A DNA stretch of 62,047 bases from Hyphomicrobiales bacterium (GCA_021775575.1 JAJFHO010000187.1:1-62047), one strand, 5' to 3'; positions 17,783-27,772 are shown, counted from the first letter of the stretch. Notes: generated from the sequence alone by a model not told the origin. A program made the numbers and translations.

Positions 17783-18481
17783 ATGAGGGTTCTTCTCATC
17801 GAGGACGACAAGTCGACAGCGGAAAGCGTCGAGTTGATGCTTCAGACCGATGGATTCAACGTCTATACGACTGACCTCGGTGAAGAAGGCGTCGATCTCG
17901 GCAAGCTTTATGACTACGATATTATTTTACTGGATTTGAAGCTGCCCGACATGAGCGGCTATGAAGTGCTCAAGACGCTTAGGGTCAGCAAGGTCCAGAC
18001 ACCGATCCTGATTTTGTCGGGATTGGCCGGAATTGAGGACAAGGTCCGCGGTCTCGGTTTTGGCGCCGACGACTATATGACGAAGCCGTTCCACAAGGAC
18101 GAACTCGTCGCCCGAATCCACGCTATCGTGCGCCGCTCGAAGGGCCACGCGCAATCGGTGATCCAGACCGGCGATCTGAAGGTCAACCTCGATACGAAAA
18201 CCGTCGAGGTTTCAAACCAGCGTGTCCATCTCACGGGCAAGGAATATCAGATGCTGGAGCTGCTTTCGCTCCGCAAGGGAACGACCCTCACCAAGGAAAT
18301 GTTCCTGAACCATCTCTATGGCGGCATGGACGAACCGGAATTGAAGATTATCGACGTCTTCATTTGCAAGCTGCGGAAGAAACTGGCGGCGGCGACCGGC
18401 GGCAATCACTATATCGAAACGGTCTGGGGGCGCGGCTATGTCCTGCGCGACCCGGAGGACGAATCCGAGGTTGCTGCCTGA
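17783..18481 (+). CDS. ctrA: cell-cycle / motility response regulator CtrA (OmpR family)
   Basis: [21 protein letters not shown]...[23 protein letters not shown]...[19 protein letters not shown]...[50 protein letters not shown] is highly characteristic of CtrA. A good RBS (AGGAAGAGGA) precedes ATG 17783. Confidence 0.95.
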   Translation: MRVLLIEDDKSTAESVELMLQTDGFNVYTTDLGEEGVDLGKLYDYDIILLDLKLPDMSGYEVLKTLRVSKVQTPILILSGLAGIEDKVRGLGFGADDYMTKPFHKDELVARIHAIVRRSKGHAQSVIQTGDLKVNLDTKTVEVSNQRVHLTGKEYQMLELLSLRKGTTLTKEMFLNHLYGGMDEPELKIIDVFICKLRKKLAAATGGNHYIETVWGRGYVLRDPEDESEVAA

Positions 18482-18536
18482 GAAGCCAGCGCCCGGCGCA
18501 TGAATGCGGGCGTCACATCAGTGACTCCGCAGAGGG

Positions 18537-18563
18537 AAAAAGGGGCTTCACGGCCCCTTTTTT
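18537..18563. terminator. bidirectional intrinsic terminator between convergent ctrA and cheR
   Basis: aaaaaGGGGCttcacgGCCCCtttttt: a GC stem flanked by an A-run and a T-run. Confidence 0.6.
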
Positions 18564-18620
18564 ATTTCCGGAATGTTGCTCGTCACTCCACGCAACCAGA
18601 TCAGTAAGCTTCAATCCGGC

Positions 18621-19574
18621 TCAGCCGGTCGTGCCGGTCGTCCGCGGAAGCGTGGTTGCGGGCATCTGGCCGACGCTGTCGGCGGCACCGAGCGGCGCTA
18701 CCTTGGCGGGTGGTGGTGGCGGCGGTGTCACGCCCATTACCGGAAGCGCTGCGCCGCTACTGCCCTTCACGACCTCATAGAGCCCGCGTGACTTGGCAAC
18801 CGGCCTGAATGCGTCGGTGATACCGATAACGGTCTCGGCGGCGCCAAGGATCAAATATCCATCCGGCGCCAGCTGCTTGGCAATACGGTTCAGGATATCG
18901 CGCTTGGTATCTATATCGAAATAGATCAAAACGTTACGGCAGAAAACAACATCCATTGTTCCGAAGCGGCTGAAATCATTAAGTAAATTGAACTGTTCGA
19001 GCCGCACCATGGCCCGTATTCCCGCATCTATCTGCCAAAGATTGCCGGCCTGTTTAAAATATTTGACGAGCATCTGGATGGGCATACCGCGCTGCACTTC
19101 GAACTGGCTGTAAAGGCCGGCCTTGGCCTTCTCCAGAACATCGCCCGACAAATCCGTGCCGAATATATCGACATTCCATCCGCTCAGCTTGCCATCCATC
19201 TCGCGGACCTGAATGGCAATCGAATAGGGCTCCTGACCCGTCGATGCCGCCGCGCACCACACACGCAGCCGCCGTGTCGCCGCGCGCGACTCTGTGAGGG
19301 CCGGAACGATGACGTCCGAGAAATTCTCGAATGGTGTCTTGTCGCGAAAAAAGAATGACTCATTTATGGTCATCGCTTCCGTCGCGTCTTTGCGGAGCTG
19401 CTCACCGTCCGGCGCCCTGAGAGCGGCAACCAGTTCGCTCAGCGACGGCATGCCGGTTTTTCGCGCAAGCGGCATAAGACGGGACTCGAGCAAATATTGC
19501 TTTTCCTCGGTCACAATCAGACCGGAGCGGTCTTTCAGCATGTCGCGCAGATATGCGAATTCAGCAGGCGTCAT
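18621..19574 (-). CDS. cheR: chemotaxis protein methyltransferase CheR
   Basis: CheR N-domain (FAYLRDMLKDRSGLIVTEEKQYLLESRL), SAM-binding core (LRVWCAAASTGQEPYSIA, FCRNVLIYFD) and a Pro-rich C-terminal tail. ATG 19574 overlaps the cheB stop (ATGA). Confidence 0.9.
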   Translation of the reverse strand: MTPAEFAYLRDMLKDRSGLIVTEEKQYLLESRLMPLARKTGMPSLSELVAALRAPDGEQLRKDATEAMTINESFFFRDKTPFENFSDVIVPALTESRAATRRLRVWCAAASTGQEPYSIAIQVREMDGKLSGWNVDIFGTDLSGDVLEKAKAGLYSQFEVQRGMPIQMLVKYFKQAGNLWQIDAGIRAMVRLEQFNLLNDFSRFGTMDVVFCRNVLIYFDIDTKRDILNRIAKQLAPDGYLILGAAETVIGITDAFRPVAKSRGLYEVVKGSSGAALPVMGVTPPPPPPAKVAPLGAADSVGQMPATTLPRTTGTTG

Positions 19575-20713
19575 GAAGTAACTCCCTGCAATATCCGAAC
19601 CGTCTTGCCGCCGATCTCGCCGATCGGCAGGACGGCGGCGCAGGCGCCCGCCGATGTGGTCGCCCCGGGCATTCCCCATACCACGCTGGTGGCTTCGTCC
19701 TGGGCAATAACGCTGCCGCCGGCATTGGCGATCCGAACCGCGCCCGCAGCGCCATCATGGCCCATTCCCGTCAGGACGATCGCCAGCGTCGCGGCGCCAA
19801 AGATCTCCGACACGCTGTCAAACATGGGATCGACGGCCGGTTTGCAGAAATTCACGTCAGGCCCGTCATAAACTTTCAGCACGACATTCCCGTCGCCTTT
19901 GGCGATCGCCATGTGGTAGTCGCCGGGGGCGACATAGATCGTGCCCGGTCGCAGCACCTCTCCGTCCTCGGCTTCCTTGCTGACACGTCCGCTTTCTTTC
20001 CCCAGATGTTCGGCCAGAATAGCCGTGAAGGTTGCCGGCATATGCTGGGTCACCAACACCGGCACCGATCCGATCGCCGGCGCAATATCCGCAAACAGTC
20101 TGGCAAGCGCCTTCGGCCCGCCCGTGGAGCTGCCAATGGCCAGGATACGCGGTTTTACATTCGAAAACCGCCTCAGCGTCGGACGAACCGCCGTCTCAAC
20201 TTGTCCCTGAGAGACGCCGACCTCAGCCGTCCGGGGTGCGCGCACGCTCGACCGCAGCGCCGAAGATCGTCCCAGCACCTTGATTCTCTCAAGCAAGTCC
20301 GACCGGAAACTGGACGATGTCGTAACGCCGGAATTACCCTCTGGCTTTGGAATATAATCAACAGCGCCGAGTGACAGCGCCTTGAGGCTGATCTCCGCAT
20401 TTCTGCGGGTCAGGGTCGACGCCATTATCACTTGCACGCCCGGTTTTTCTTCGAGCAGCTTGGGCAGGGCCGTCATGCCATCCATGACCGGCATCTCGAT
20501 ATCGAGAACAACGACGTCGGGATCACACGTCCTGATCCCGTCTACCGCCAGCTTGCCGTTGGCGAATTTTCCAACAATGTTCATTGCCGGATCTTCATCG
20601 ACCCAGCGCGAGACAAGACCGCGCACAACCGCGGAATCATCCACGACCATGACGCCGATGCTCCGCGCATCGGGCCTGGTAGCTGCTACTGCGCCTGCTG
20701 GTGCCAGTGACAT
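19571..20713 (-). CDS. cheB: protein-glutamate methylesterase CheB
   Basis: Receiver domain (VMVVDDSAVVRGL, DVVVLDIEMPVMDG) plus methylesterase domain (AIGSSTGGPKAL, LTGMGHDGA). Confidence 0.9.
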   Translation of the reverse strand: MSLAPAGAVAATRPDARSIGVMVVDDSAVVRGLVSRWVDEDPAMNIVGKFANGKLAVDGIRTCDPDVVVLDIEMPVMDGMTALPKLLEEKPGVQVIMASTLTRRNAEISLKALSLGAVDYIPKPEGNSGVTTSSSFRSDLLERIKVLGRSSALRSSVRAPRTAEVGVSQGQVETAVRPTLRRFSNVKPRILAIGSSTGGPKALARLFADIAPAIGSVPVLVTQHMPATFTAILAEHLGKESGRVSKEAEDGEVLRPGTIYVAPGDYHMAIAKGDGNVVLKVYDGPDVNFCKPAVDPMFDSVSEIFGAATLAIVLTGMGHDGAAGAVRIANAGGSVIAQDEATSVVWGMPGATTSAGACAAVLPIGEIGGKTVRILQGVTS

Positions 20714-20734
20714 GATGAAATCTCCTAGCGGCGC

Positions 20735-21100
20735 CTATATGAGCCCTACCTCCTGGAATTTTGCGGCGATGATGTCGCGGTCAAACGGTTTCATGATGTA
20801 CTCGTTCGCGCCGGCGCTTATCGCCCGGGTGATATGATCGGCATCATTCTCCGTCGTGCAGAAGATAACCTTGGGCTCATTGCCACCCGTTTCCTTGCGC
20901 AGCGCGACAAGAAACTCAATCCCGTCCATGACCGGCATATTCCAGTCAAGCAGAACGGCATCCGGCATTGCCGTGCGGCACAGGTCGAGCGCATCCTGGC
21001 CGTTTTCCGCCTCGGATGTCTGAAAGCTCATATCCTCGAGGATGCAACGCGCAACCTTGCGGATCACGCTGCTATCGTCGACGACCAAGCAATGTTTCAT
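20735..21100 (-). CDS. cheY: chemotaxis response regulator CheY
   Basis: 121-aa single receiver domain (LVVDDSSVIRK, AVLLDWNMPVMDG, YIMKPF). Confidence 0.9.
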   Translation of the reverse strand: MKHCLVVDDSSVIRKVARCILEDMSFQTSEAENGQDALDLCRTAMPDAVLLDWNMPVMDGIEFLVALRKETGGNEPKVIFCTTENDADHITRAISAGANEYIMKPFDRDIIAAKFQEVGLI

Positions 21101-21158
21101 TTCTTACTCCTCAGGAGACGCGCCTGCGGCGCGTCAATGCAGGGTTCCGCTACACCAA

Positions 21159-21650
21159 TCAGGCAGCCACGTTGACGACGGGATTTTCCGTATCAAGCCC
21201 CAAAACCTTGTTGACGTCGAAGATAACCATAAGACTCCCTTCCAGACGGTGAACGCCCGCCGATACGGTGGTCCAGCGTGGATCAAGATTTGCCGGATTC
21301 GGCTCGAAGGTTTCGTCCGACAGGCGGTGCACTTCGCCCACCTGATCGATAATCAGGCCGTATGACTCGCCCTTATGCTCAATGCCGACGGCCATTTGCG
21401 GGGCCCCGGCCTCGCGCGGCTCAAGACCGAGACGTTTGCGCATGTCGATTGCCGTTACAATGCGGCCCCGCAGATTGAGAACTCCGGCAACATCATTCGA
21501 AGCCAGCGGCACGACCGTCACGGTCTCCGGCATGAAAACGTCCTGAACCTCCAGGATCGGAAGACCGAATAGCTGATCGGCAATTGTTACGGTTATGTAT
21601 TCGTCGGTTCCCGCTTCAGCGGTATCCGACGAGGCGGTTGTTTTTGTCAT
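21159..21650 (-). CDS. cheW: chemotaxis coupling protein CheW
   Basis: Single CheW-like domain (YITVTIADQLFGLPILEVQDV...LNLRGRIVTAIDMRKRLG). 4-nt overlap with cheA. Confidence 0.9.
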   Translation of the reverse strand: MTKTTASSDTAEAGTDEYITVTIADQLFGLPILEVQDVFMPETVTVVPLASNDVAGVLNLRGRIVTAIDMRKRLGLEPREAGAPQMAVGIEHKGESYGLIIDQVGEVHRLSDETFEPNPANLDPRWTTVSAGVHRLEGSLMVIFDVNKVLGLDTENPVVNVAA

Positions 21651-24373
21651 GCCGCGGCTCCCATATGGCTACTGCAGTCCTTGAGACTTTCAATAAGGCC
21701 CTGCCTGTCGAATTTGCCGATAAAATCGATGAATCCGGCCTGGCGCGAACGCTCGATAACCTGCGGCGTGCTGTGGGAGGACAACGCGATAATCGGTGTC
21801 TTCTGCCAATTCGGATCGTCGCGAACCGTCTCGGCAAAAGCAATGCCGTCCATTCCAGGCATCTCGATGTCGGAAACGATCACGTCGAAATCCGCGCCGG
21901 AATCGCGAAGTTCAAGCGCACTCAGGGCAGAATCAGCAATTGTCACTTCATAGCCCGCCGAAGACAGCAGCGGCGCCAGCATGTTGCGGAAGAAGGCGCT
22001 GTCATCGACCAACAGCAGGCGCGTCTTGCCGGCCATGTAGCTGGAATCGCCGGGCTCCGACCAGTCGCTGAAGGCCTTCTCGATATAGTGTCCTATATCA
22101 ATGACTTCCGTGGCCATACCCTTGATCACCGCCGATCCGATCACGCCTGGTTTCTGGGACGCGAACTCGACATTGAGCCGGTCTTCGACAATGTCGTCGA
22201 TTTCATCGACGACAAGCCCCATCGAATGCCGCTCGTCGGCGAAAACAAGGATTGGCTGAGCGCCTTCTTCTTTTCGGTTCGGATTGTCTATCATGTGGAC
22301 GAGCGGCATGAGCGTGCCGCGATACTGGACGAGATCCTGTCCGTCGGAACGCTCGATCGTCGTAACATCAAGTTCTTCCAGCCGGGTAACCAGCGAAAGA
22401 GGTACGGCCTTGGGCTCGTCTGAGCCGGAGCGGAAGATAAGCATCGGAGTCTTTTCGTCCGCTGCGACACCATGCTCCTGCTGCTCTTCCGCCTCGCTGA
22501 CGCTCTGGTTCGCATCCGACGCGGCCGCCGCCTGCGCGATCCCGTTCGGATCGATGATCATGATGACGCTGCCGTCTCCCAGAATCGTGTTGCCTGAGAA
22601 CAGCGGGATGTCGCGCAGCATGGTCGACATCGGCTTAACAACGATTTCCTCGGTGTCGAAGACGCTGTCGACGACGACGCCGAAATATTGCGCACCGACC
22701 TGAATGACCACGACAAAGAAGTTCTGATCGTCGCTATCCGCTTTTTCCTCTTCCGGCTCCACGACTTTCAGGCCGAGCAGCTGGCTCATTTTGATCAAAG
22801 GCAGGAGTTTGTTGCGCAGACGCAATACCGGGGTGTCGTTGATCATTTCGATACGGTGTTCGGCATTCTCGTGCGTGCGAACCAGTTCCACGACGCTAAG
22901 CTGCGGAATTGCAAAACGCTGGCCGCATGACTCAACGATCAGGGCCGAAACAATCGCCAGGGTCAGCGGGATCTTGATTGTAAAGGTGCTGCCCTGCCCC
23001 TGCACCGAAGTGACGTCGACAATGCCGCCGATCAGTTCGATGTTGGTGCGCACGACATCCATGCCCACGCCGCGCCCGGAGACGTTGGTGACCTTGGTCG
23101 CAGTCGAAAAACCGGCCTTGAAAATATACTTGTGAATCTGGGCTTCGGTCATCTTGTCGAGTTCAGCCTGGGTCGCCAGACCGTTGTCGATGACCTTTTC
23201 CTTTATCTTGTCCGCGTCGAGCCCCTTGCCGTCGTCGGCAACGAGAATAATGATATGTCCACCTTCGTGATAGGCGCTCAGCGTGACGGTCCCAACTTCC
23301 GACTTGCCAGCCTTGATGCGATCCTCGGTAATCTCAAGACCGTGGTCGGCCGAATTGCGGACCATATGGGTCAGCGGGTCTTTCACCAGTTCCAGAATCT
23401 GCCGGTCGAGCTCGGTCTCCGCTCCCTTCATCTGGAGATCGATCTTCTTGCCAAGCTCGTTGGAAAGGTCGCGAATAATCCGCGGCAGTTTCTGCCAGGC
23501 ATTGCCGATCGGCTGCATCCTGGTCTTCATGACGCCGTCCTGCAGCTCGGCGGTTACCGTCGACAGCCGCTGAAGCGGAACCTTGAATTCCGAATCGTCG
23601 AGCCGCCGCACCATTTCGAGAAGCTGGTTCCGGGTCAGCACCAATTCGCTGACCATTGTCATCAATTGTTCAAGCGTATCGACGTTGACGCGGATCGACT
23701 GTTTGACCCCGCCTTCCTTACCGCCCTTGGCCTTCGCGCCGTCGGCGGCAGCTTCCTTGGCCGGCTCTTTCTTGTCTTGTGCCGCCGGCACGGTTTCCGC
23801 GTCGTTCCCGTCGGCCGCCACTTCCTCCGGCCCCGAAGTCTCCTGGAAGGCCTTCTCAAGATCGTCCAGCGAGACCTCTCCAGGCTTCAGCTCGCGCTCG
23901 ACGATCTGCATTTCCGACTCCGCCGGAGCGGCCTCGGGCGCCGCGGCAGTTTCTGCCGGCGCGTCGGCGGCAACCGGCGCTTCTTCCTGCTCCCCGCCCC
24001 CGATGCCGGAAAACTGGTCCAGTTGAGCAATCAGATCATCATCCGACCCGGCCGGCTCCGCGCTGGTCTCGCCAAGCTCCTCCAATATCTCCTTGAGTCT
24101 GTCGATCGTCTCCAGAATCACCGAAACGCCCTCAGGCGTTACCGGAACGCCGTCGCGATATTTACCCATGAGGGTCTCGGCCGCATGGGCAAGCGATTCA
24201 AGCCTTGGGAGTCCCAGAAAGCCGCAAGTTCCCTTAATCGTGTGAACGAGCCGGAAGATGTTGTCCAGAATTCCGGCATTGTTTGGTTCTTGCTCGAACT
24301 TCACGAGCTCGACGTCGACCACATCGAGGCTTTCTGCCGTCTCAGTCAAAAACTCGCCTAGGAGATCGTCCAT
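21647..24373 (-). CDS. cheA: hybrid chemotaxis histidine kinase CheA (Hpt, dimerisation, HATPase, two CheW-like modules, C-terminal receiver)
   Basis: Hpt (HTIKGTCGFLGL), HATPase (GRGVGMDVVRTNIE). CheW-like 1 (FAIPQLSVVELVR...ILGDGSVIMIIDPNG). CheW-like 2 (PMLIFRSGSDEPKAVPLSLVTRLEE...MGLVVDEIDDIVE). Receiver (LLLVDDSAFFRN, VIVSDIEMPGMDG). Confidence 0.9.
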   Translation of the reverse strand: MDDLLGEFLTETAESLDVVDVELVKFEQEPNNAGILDNIFRLVHTIKGTCGFLGLPRLESLAHAAETLMGKYRDGVPVTPEGVSVILETIDRLKEILEELGETSAEPAGSDDDLIAQLDQFSGIGGGEQEEAPVAADAPAETAAAPEAAPAESEMQIVERELKPGEVSLDDLEKAFQETSGPEEVAADGNDAETVPAAQDKKEPAKEAAADGAKAKGGKEGGVKQSIRVNVDTLEQLMTMVSELVLTRNQLLEMVRRLDDSEFKVPLQRLSTVTAELQDGVMKTRMQPIGNAWQKLPRIIRDLSNELGKKIDLQMKGAETELDRQILELVKDPLTHMVRNSADHGLEITEDRIKAGKSEVGTVTLSAYHEGGHIIILVADDGKGLDADKIKEKVIDNGLATQAELDKMTEAQIHKYIFKAGFSTATKVTNVSGRGVGMDVVRTNIELIGGIVDVTSVQGQGSTFTIKIPLTLAIVSALIVESCGQRFAIPQLSVVELVRTHENAEHRIEMINDTPVLRLRNKLLPLIKMSQLLGLKVVEPEEEKADSDDQNFFVVVIQVGAQYFGVVVDSVFDTEEIVVKPMSTMLRDIPLFSGNTILGDGSVIMIIDPNGIAQAAAASDANQSVSEAEEQQEHGVAADEKTPMLIFRSGSDEPKAVPLSLVTRLEELDVTTIERSDGQDLVQYRGTLMPLVHMIDNPNRKEEGAQPILVFADERHSMGLVVDEIDDIVEDRLNVEFASQKPGVIGSAVIKGMATEVIDIGHYIEKAFSDWSEPGDSSYMAGKTRLLLVDDSAFFRNMLAPLLSSAGYEVTIADSALSALELRDSGADFDVIVSDIEMPGMDGIAFAETVRDDPNWQKTPIIALSSHSTPQVIERSRQAGFIDFIGKFDRQGLIESLKDCSSHMGAAA

Positions 24374-24520
24374 AATAATCCCTCAAACCCACTCTTGCAC
24401 ACGGGACACCCCGCACGGACAAGGGTTGCCCATTTCGTTGAGCCAAGTCTGAGGAGAAAGAGTTTACGATTGGTTGAGGCTGAACACTTACAGTTGAATA
24501 AATGCTTCTTTTCGCGTCAA

Positions 24521-25165
24521 TTAGGCTGGCGTAACCGCCTTTAGTGTGACGCAGCCCTCGTCCGAGGCGATATTCAGAGGCATCCCGACGATCTTGGACA
24601 AACGAATCGTGTAGTAGGGCTGGATCGAATGGGAATCCAGCGGCCGGTCCATTCCGCCATTCAGCAGCCCCGCGAAATCGTCCGGCACCTTGGCCCTGTC
24701 TCCGGTACAACGCAGATCGAAGGCCGTTTTGCCGGCGTCTGACGCAATCACAACGCAGATATTCCCGCCGCGCGGCAAGGCTTCCAGGGCAAGCGTCGCC
24801 ATATTCAGCAACAGTTTTACCTTGTCCTTTGCAAGGGTCATCGACGGTCCGGTCCATTCCAGCGTGTGCTTGTCGGATTCAATAACCGCCCTGGTCACCT
24901 TTTCCGCCTCATTCAGATCGATTTCCGCGCCCGCCGATCCCGCGGCGCCAAAGGCGATGCGTGCAAACTGAAGCTTCACGGATGCCGTCGTGGCGCTTTT
25001 TCGCACCAGCCCCATCGCATGTTCGCGCATGGTCTCGTCTTTCTCTTCATCGAGAATTTCAAGGCCGTTGGCGATGGCGCCGACCGGGCTGATGATGTCG
25101 TGACATATCTTGCTCGAAACGAGAGCCGACAATTCAAGATCGCTGATTCCGATATCGTTCGGCAT
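24521..25165 (-). CDS. chpT: histidine phosphotransferase ChpT-like
   Basis: 214 aa with a DHp-like His box (SKICHDIISPVGAIANGLEIL) followed by a degenerate CA-like domain. This matches the ChpT family as I know it. Confidence 0.75.
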   Translation of the reverse strand: MPNDIGISDLELSALVSSKICHDIISPVGAIANGLEILDEEKDETMREHAMGLVRKSATTASVKLQFARIAFGAAGSAGAEIDLNEAEKVTRAVIESDKHTLEWTGPSMTLAKDKVKLLLNMATLALEALPRGGNICVVIASDAGKTAFDLRCTGDRAKVPDDFAGLLNGGMDRPLDSHSIQPYYTIRLSKIVGMPLNIASDEGCVTLKAVTPA

Positions 25166-25420
25166 AAGCTACCCCATTTTCGCTTTCGCGGCTCGCTGCA
25201 CGAACCGTCCCTCACAAGGCCACATATCTGTGTTACACGACCCTTGCTACAGTGCCAAGAAGCCTATCTTGTTTTCCTATAACATCTTGTGATTTATATG
25301 TTTTTCTGCGATAGGAAGACATCTGAAACATTATTCGGTCCGGCTGGACCGGCCAGCCGGCGAATCAACCAATCATCGACAATTCACAATTGGACCGGCA
25401 ATCCGCGGCCAGAGGTGATC

Positions 25421-26224
25421 ATGACAGAGCAGGAATATCTGCATTTTGCGAAAAGCCTTACTCCGGCCGCCTGGCGCGCCGGCGGAATAATCATGTCCTA
25501 TTTCGGCAACGCAAGGGTTGAACTGAAGGACGATTCAAGCCCGGTTACCGCCGCCGACAAGGAATCGGACGCCTTGATCGTCGATGAACTCACTGCACTG
25601 GCGCCGGGGATAACGGTTATCTCCGAGGAGTCGGTGTGCAGCCCGGTGGCAGACCCCGGACAGAGATTCTTTCTGGTCGATCCTTTGGACGGGACCAGGG
25701 AATTCATCGAGAAACGCGCGGAGTTCACGGTGAATATCGCGCTGATCGAACACGGCACGCCGGTTTTCGGTCTCGTTTACGCACCGGCCCTGTCTGAAAT
25801 CTACCTGACGCTGGGCACGGACCAGGCCGTGCGCGGGAGGCTCGATCCTGGCGCGGATTTGCCTGACTTCGAGACTATGGCATGGGAGCGGCTGCATACG
25901 CGTTCTCCCGCGACGGGAGGCGTCGTCGCGGCAGTAAGCCGCTCTCATCTCGACGATGCCACCACCGCCTTTCTCGCCCGCCACGCGATTGCCGAAACAA
26001 TCTCGGGCGGCTCCTCCATAAAATTCTGCCTGCTGGCCCGCGGCGAGGCCGACGTCTACCCTCGTTTCGGCCGCACGATGGAATGGGATATCGCGGCTGG
26101 CCACGCGGTTCTCGCGGCCGCTGGCGGCGTGGTCATCGATGAGAATGGCGAGCCGCTTCGCTATGGAAAAATCGGCCGCAACCTGGACAATCCCGCTTTC
26201 ATCGCCTGGGGTAAAAAGCCTTAG
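25421..26224 (+). CDS. cysQ: 3'(2'),5'-bisphosphate nucleotidase CysQ / inositol monophosphatase family
   Basis: IMPase-fold motifs (VISEES, LVDPLDGTREF, WDIAAGHAVL). The start was moved to ATG 25421. Confidence 0.8.
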   Translation: MTEQEYLHFAKSLTPAAWRAGGIIMSYFGNARVELKDDSSPVTAADKESDALIVDELTALAPGITVISEESVCSPVADPGQRFFLVDPLDGTREFIEKRAEFTVNIALIEHGTPVFGLVYAPALSEIYLTLGTDQAVRGRLDPGADLPDFETMAWERLHTRSPATGGVVAAVSRSHLDDATTAFLARHAIAETISGGSSIKFCLLARGEADVYPRFGRTMEWDIAAGHAVLAAAGGVVIDENGEPLRYGKIGRNLDNPAFIAWGKKP

Positions 26225-26276
26225 AGTCCAGCCTCATAAAGGTCATGAACGCAAATGCGAGCTGCGGTTTGATCTT

Positions 26277-26798
26277 CTATTCGCCCTGCGAGGAGGTAAG
26301 CCCCGACGACAGCTCGGGCCATATTTTCTCGGCTTGCGCAACCAGCGCGTCGCGGTTTTCCCGCCACAACTGCAGATTGGATGCATTGTGGAACAGGTAA
26401 ATCCTGTTTTTGTGGTTGACCCAGATCGCCGGGTGCCCCGGCGTGGTCCGGCCATTGGCGATCGCGTATGCGTCATACCCCGCGAAGCGCGGCGCATAGA
26501 CGTGCGGATGGCGTTCGAACGCCGCTTTGTTGCCTGTATTGAGAAAGCGCCAGACCGCGCCGCCCCATGCAAGTTCCTGGTCTTCGCTGCCGGCGCGCGG
26601 CTCCCCGCGGGTGAAATAGGCAAGCGGATCATAGCCGCCGAGCGCGAGGCCCGTGGCCGGATCCTGCCAGACCGCCGGTCCGGCCGCGCCGGCCCGCGCG
26701 CTCCCCAGGACGCAGAGAAGCACCGCCGAGAGGGTCAGAATCGCCCGTCCCGTCCGGTGGAGGAAACTCGATACGCAGCAATCACGCCCAAAAGTCAT
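26277..26798 (-). CDS. secreted YHS-domain family protein
   Basis: Signal-peptide-like N-terminus, then LGGYDPLAYFTRGEP...WRFLNTGNKAAFERHPHVYAPRFAGYDAYAIANG typical of YHS-domain proteins. The start is uncertain (26798, 26816 or 26888). Confidence 0.6.
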   Translation of the reverse strand: MTFGRDCCVSSFLHRTGRAILTLSAVLLCVLGSARAGAAGPAVWQDPATGLALGGYDPLAYFTRGEPRAGSEDQELAWGGAVWRFLNTGNKAAFERHPHVYAPRFAGYDAYAIANGRTTPGHPAIWVNHKNRIYLFHNASNLQLWRENRDALVAQAEKIWPELSSGLTSSQGE

Positions 26799-26968
26799 GG
26801 CGCCAATCTGCGGCATGAACCTTAAAGATTTCGCGAAGCTGGCAACAAGGGCGTCTATTGGACATAGTTTGGTAACAGTTTCAGCCAATGATTCGCGGAG
26901 AAGACGTGGCTAGATTCGTTAATTTTCCGAACGCGCCGCGGCAAACCCCAAACGACACGGGTGAACCG

Positions 26969-27712
26969 ATGAAAAGATCCAACATGGTCAACCTCCTCGC
27001 CATTGTTGCAGCCCTGCTCTTTGCGGCAGACGCCGGGATGATCCAGCTGGCGAATGCGCAATCCGGCAGCCCCGGCACACCCACCGTCATCACGCCCCGG
27101 CCTCCCTCACAAGATTCGCCGGCGGACGAGAAGAGTTATATGCCGCCGGAGCAGCGCGAGGCGGCGCCCGACGGGCAGCAGCCTTATCCGGGGCCCGGCC
27201 CCGCTCCCGCGCCTTACGCGGAACAGCGAGAGACCTATTCTAACGACGAGATCGCAACGGCCGGCCACCGGTTTTTTGGCCGGGTTTCAGTCGGCCTTGC
27301 CCGCGTTATCGAATATGCCTTTCAGAAAGCCGGCCGCCCCAACGGCTATATTCTCGGTGAAGGCGCTGGCGGCGCCTTTGTCGCCGGCCTGAGATATGGC
27401 GAGGGCATCCTCTACACCAAGAATGCCGGCGAACATAAAGTCTACTGGCAGGGCCCGTCGATCGGCTATGATTTCGGCGCGGAAGGCTCAAAGACGATGA
27501 TCCTGGTCTACAATCTGCAGAGGGTCGAAGACATCTACAATACTTTTGGCGGCGTCGACGGTTCAGCCTATTTCATTGGCGGCGTGGGGATTACGTTCCA
27601 GACCCATGAGCATGTGTCGCTCGCGCCAATCCGTTCCGGTGTGGGTCTGCGACTGGGCGCCAATGTCGGCTATCTCAAATATACGCGCCGTCCCACCTGG
27701 AACCCGTTCTAG
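26969..27712 (+). CDS. DUF1134 (EipA-like) periplasmic protein
   Basis: Signal peptide (MKRSNMVNLLAIVAALLFAADA) and a conserved C-terminal block (GYILGEGAGGAFVAGLRYGEGILYTKNAGEHKVYWQGPSIGYDFGAEGSK...VGLRLGANVGYLKYT). Confidence 0.7.
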   Translation: MKRSNMVNLLAIVAALLFAADAGMIQLANAQSGSPGTPTVITPRPPSQDSPADEKSYMPPEQREAAPDGQQPYPGPGPAPAPYAEQRETYSNDEIATAGHRFFGRVSVGLARVIEYAFQKAGRPNGYILGEGAGGAFVAGLRYGEGILYTKNAGEHKVYWQGPSIGYDFGAEGSKTMILVYNLQRVEDIYNTFGGVDGSAYFIGGVGITFQTHEHVSLAPIRSGVGLRLGANVGYLKYTRRPTWNPF

Positions 27713-27740
27713 AGCCAATCGGCCTTCAGGTTTCGAGGTC

Positions 27741-27772
27741 CGCGTGCGCCCGCCCGGAGACGGGCGCACGCG
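27741..27772 (+). terminator. hairpin terminator after the DUF1134 gene
   Basis: cgcgtgcgcccg-cccggaga-cgggcgcacgcg forms a 12-bp stem. A T-rich stretch (cccctttcctgtttat) follows. Confidence 0.5.
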
